Assembly (NCBI GenBank): GCA_964587805.1
Contig: CAZPMW010000002.1
Coordinates: forward strand, 1 to 54,425
Source of the DNA: an uncultured Elusimicrobiaceae bacterium
Lineage (GTDB): Bacteria; Elusimicrobiota; Elusimicrobia; Elusimicrobiales; UBA9959
Direction of reading: 5' to 3'
Length of the DNA: 54,425 nucleotides
Shown: piece after piece, positions 52,526 to 54,425 of the stretch
Position numbering within the stretch: position 1 is the first letter of the stretch
Layout of the letters: the number at the start of each line of letters is the position of its first letter
Program-made: the position numbers and the translations under genes
The notes under the pieces: generated by a model
What the model was told of the DNA's origin: nothing
What the model saw: the letters and a program-made list of their open reading frames with translations, nothing else
Database searches by the model: none

Positions 52526-53932
52526 ATGGAACTCCGGCTATATAACGCTCTCGGCAGGAAAAAAGAAATATTCAAACCGCTCAGGCCCGGCGAGGCAGGT
52601 ATCTATACCTGCGGCCCCACGGTGTACCTGTACGCGCATATCGGCAATATGCGCACCTATATCTTCGAGGACAGCCTCGTGCGCGCCCTTCGCTTCCTGG
52701 GCTACCGCGTAAAGCGCGTGATGAATATTACCGACGTCGGCCATCTGGTTTCGGACGCGGATGAAGGCGAAGATAAAATGGAGCTGGGCGCCAGGCGCGA
52801 GGGGAAGTCGGCCTGGGACATAGCCAAGTTCTACACGGAGGCCTTTTTTAAGGATTTTAATTCGCTCAACTGCCTTATGCCGGAGAAGCTGTGCCCGGCC
52901 ACGGAATATATAAACGAGATGATAGCCCTGGTGTCGGCGCTGGAGAAAAAAGGTTTTGCCTACCGCATAGGCGACGGAGTTTATTTTGACACCGCCAAAT
53001 TGCCGGATTACGGCAAGCTGGCCGGCAAAAGCCACATAGAAGGGATAAAGGAAGGCGCGCGCGTGGAGGCTAACTCCGACAAGCGTAATCCGCCCGATTT
53101 CGCGCTTTGGAAATTCTCCTCGCCGGAAGAAAAGCGCCAGATGGAATGGGAGTCCCCCTGGGGCAAAGGCTTTCCCGGCTGGCATATAGAATGCTCGGCG
53201 ATGGCCATGAAGCATCTTGGGGAGACCATCGACATACATTGCGGCGGTGAAGATCATGTTGCCATTCATCACACCAACGAAATAGCGCAGTCGGAAGCGG
53301 CCACCGGCAAGCCCTTCGCTAATTACTGGCTGCACGGCAGATTTTTGATCACGGGCGATTCAGGCAAGATGTCCAAGTCATCCGGCGGCTTTCTGACCGT
53401 GGCCACGCTTAAGGAAAAAGGCTACGACCCGCTGGCTTACCGCTATTTCTGTTTCTCCGCTCATTACCGCAAGCAGCTTGAATTCACCTGGGAGGCTATT
53501 GACGCGGCCGCGAAGACGCTGGATAGCCTGCGCGGCATCGTCGCCAGGCTGTCGGAGGAAGCCGCTGGCGCTCCAGCAAAGCCGGACAAGGCCTCAGCCT
53601 TCTATGTGAAGTTCGAGGAAGCGCTGGCGGACGACCTCAATATGCCGCAGGCGCTTGCCGCGCTCTGGGACGTTTTGCGCAACTCCGAACTGCCGGCCGC
53701 TGAAAAGCTGGGCTTCGTGTTGGCAGCCGACGAAGCGCTTGGGCTGGATCTGAACAGGGCCCCGGCGCAGGACAGCCTTCCGCCCGAGCTTCTGGCCATG
53801 GTTGAAGAGCGCCAGCGGGCAAGAAAAGAAAAAGATTTTAAAAAGTCGGACGATCTGCGCAAGGCGCTGCTTGAGAAAGGCGTGCTGGTAGAGGATACCC
53901 CGAAAGGCATCCGCTGGAAGCTGGTTAAGTAG
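52526..53932 (+). CDS. cysS: Cysteine--tRNA ligase
   Basis: 468 aa. 'TCGPTVYLYAHIGNMR' (HIGH-type), 'KMSKS', Zn-binding 'HIECSAM'. Confidence 0.95.
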   Translation: MELRLYNALGRKKEIFKPLRPGEAGIYTCGPTVYLYAHIGNMRTYIFEDSLVRALRFLGYRVKRVMNITDVGHLVSDADEGEDKMELGARREGKSAWDIAKFYTEAFFKDFNSLNCLMPEKLCPATEYINEMIALVSALEKKGFAYRIGDGVYFDTAKLPDYGKLAGKSHIEGIKEGARVEANSDKRNPPDFALWKFSSPEEKRQMEWESPWGKGFPGWHIECSAMAMKHLGETIDIHCGGEDHVAIHHTNEIAQSEAATGKPFANYWLHGRFLITGDSGKMSKSSGGFLTVATLKEKGYDPLAYRYFCFSAHYRKQLEFTWEAIDAAAKTLDSLRGIVARLSEEAAGAPAKPDKASAFYVKFEEALADDLNMPQALAALWDVLRNSELPAAEKLGFVLAADEALGLDLNRAPAQDSLPPELLAMVEERQRARKEKDFKKSDDLRKALLEKGVLVEDTPKGIRWKLVK

Positions 53933-53969
53933 AATATGTGATAAACTGTGTCATAGCAAAGAGGAGATT

Positions 53970-54425
53970 ATGAATAATAACGTATGCTTTTTCAGCCTGA
54001 TGTTCCTGTCCGCCGCGTCTTTTGCGTCCGGGCGGGCGGTGGCGGCGGAGCGATCGGAGGTGCCGGAAAAATACAAATGGAACACCGCCGACCTTTACCT
54101 TAACGACGCGGAGTGGGCAAAGAAAAGAGACGAGCTTACAGCCCGCATCCCCGGCCTGGCCGCCTATCAGGGAAAACTGGGACTCTCCGGCAATGACCTC
54201 TTTACGGCGCTCGACCATATCATGGCTTTCATGCAGGACCTAGACAGACTGGCCGTATACGCCAGCATGCGCAGCGATGAGGACACCCGCGTCGGCTCTA
54301 CCAGGCAGATGGACCAGAGCGCCAATGACACGGCAACTAAGGCATCCGCTGCCACGGCCTATATGACCCCAGAAATAATAGCGCTGGGCAAGGAAAAGAT
54401 TGATTCGTTCGTAGATGCGGAGCCC
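53970..54425 (+). CDS. Oligoendopeptidase F (M3B family), N-terminal fragment running off the window end; has a signal-like N-terminus
   Basis: Not in the ORF track because there is no stop in the window. GAGGAG RBS, then ATG 53970. My own translation: 'MNNNVCFFSLMFLSAASFA...KYKWNTADLYLNDAEWAKKRDEL...YQGKLG...LDRLAVYASMRSDEDT', which is a typical PepF N-terminal layout. Confidence 0.65.
   Translation, partial: MNNNVCFFSLMFLSAASFASGRAVAAERSEVPEKYKWNTADLYLNDAEWAKKRDELTARIPGLAAYQGKLGLSGNDLFTALDHIMAFMQDLDRLAVYASMRSDEDTRVGSTRQMDQSANDTATKASAATAYMTPEIIALGKEKIDSFVDAEP

Noticed and set aside
1-54425. tRNA, rRNA, tmRNA, transposase, integrase or prophage genes.
   Set aside because: I saw no T-loop (GGTTCGAATCC-like) or anticodon-arm architecture in any intergenic gap. 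No ORF has DDE, tyrosine-recombinase or serine-recombinase motifs. This was an eye scan only, so tRNAscan or Infernal should confirm it.

Overview
High-GC (about 60% by eye) chromosomal segment from a diderm, LPS-producing bacterium. It is densely coded and almost entirely housekeeping. Nt 1-12771 is all minus strand. It holds a RelA/SpoT HD-domain ORF that stops prematurely at the window edge, then an outer-membrane biogenesis supercluster: bamA-skp-lpxD-lpxC-fabZ-lpxA-lpxI-(Gfo/Idh/MocA oxidoreductase)-lpxB-msbA. Nt 12943-54425 is mostly plus strand. In order it carries: PIN-PhoH2; a secreted barnase-like RNase with barstar and a secreted alpha/beta hydrolase; a membrane-anchored ferritin-like protein; an alanine aminotransferase coupled to an ATP-grasp ligase; a DUF559 nuclease; NfeD; clpC; a class-A beta-lactamase-fold hydrolase; a U32 (RlhA/TrhP-type) protein next to a short RlmN/Cfr-type radical-SAM methyltransferase; udk; a low-GC SulP transporter; hrpB; a transglutaminase-like protein; scpB-like decarboxylase; purM, a secreted beta-lactamase-fold protein and a fused purN-purH; a SAM methyltransferase; rpsF-ssb-rpsR-rplI-dnaB; alr-mlaE-mlaF-long mlaD; radA; a PIN/TRAM protein; ispDF; a lipoprotein; cysS; and the 5' end of pepF. 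I saw no rRNA, tRNA, CRISPR array, transposase, integrase or prophage genes. The signal least explained by gene annotation is a set of five intergenic long imperfect hairpins whose arms are tandem 7-nt units. Four use CGTAAAT-type units and one uses AAGGATN-type units. Each sits between a stop codon and the Shine-Dalgarno-less start codon of the next gene, and the non-canonical pairs are biased to G.U in the sense of the flanking genes. Other points worth a second look are the U32/RlmN adjacency, the PurN-PurH fusion, a long MlaD with a beta-rich C-terminal domain, a GnnA-like oxidoreductase inside the lpx cluster, leaderless-type promoters, and a possible frameshift in relA/spoT. All calls come from reading the sequence and ORF translations, with no database searches.
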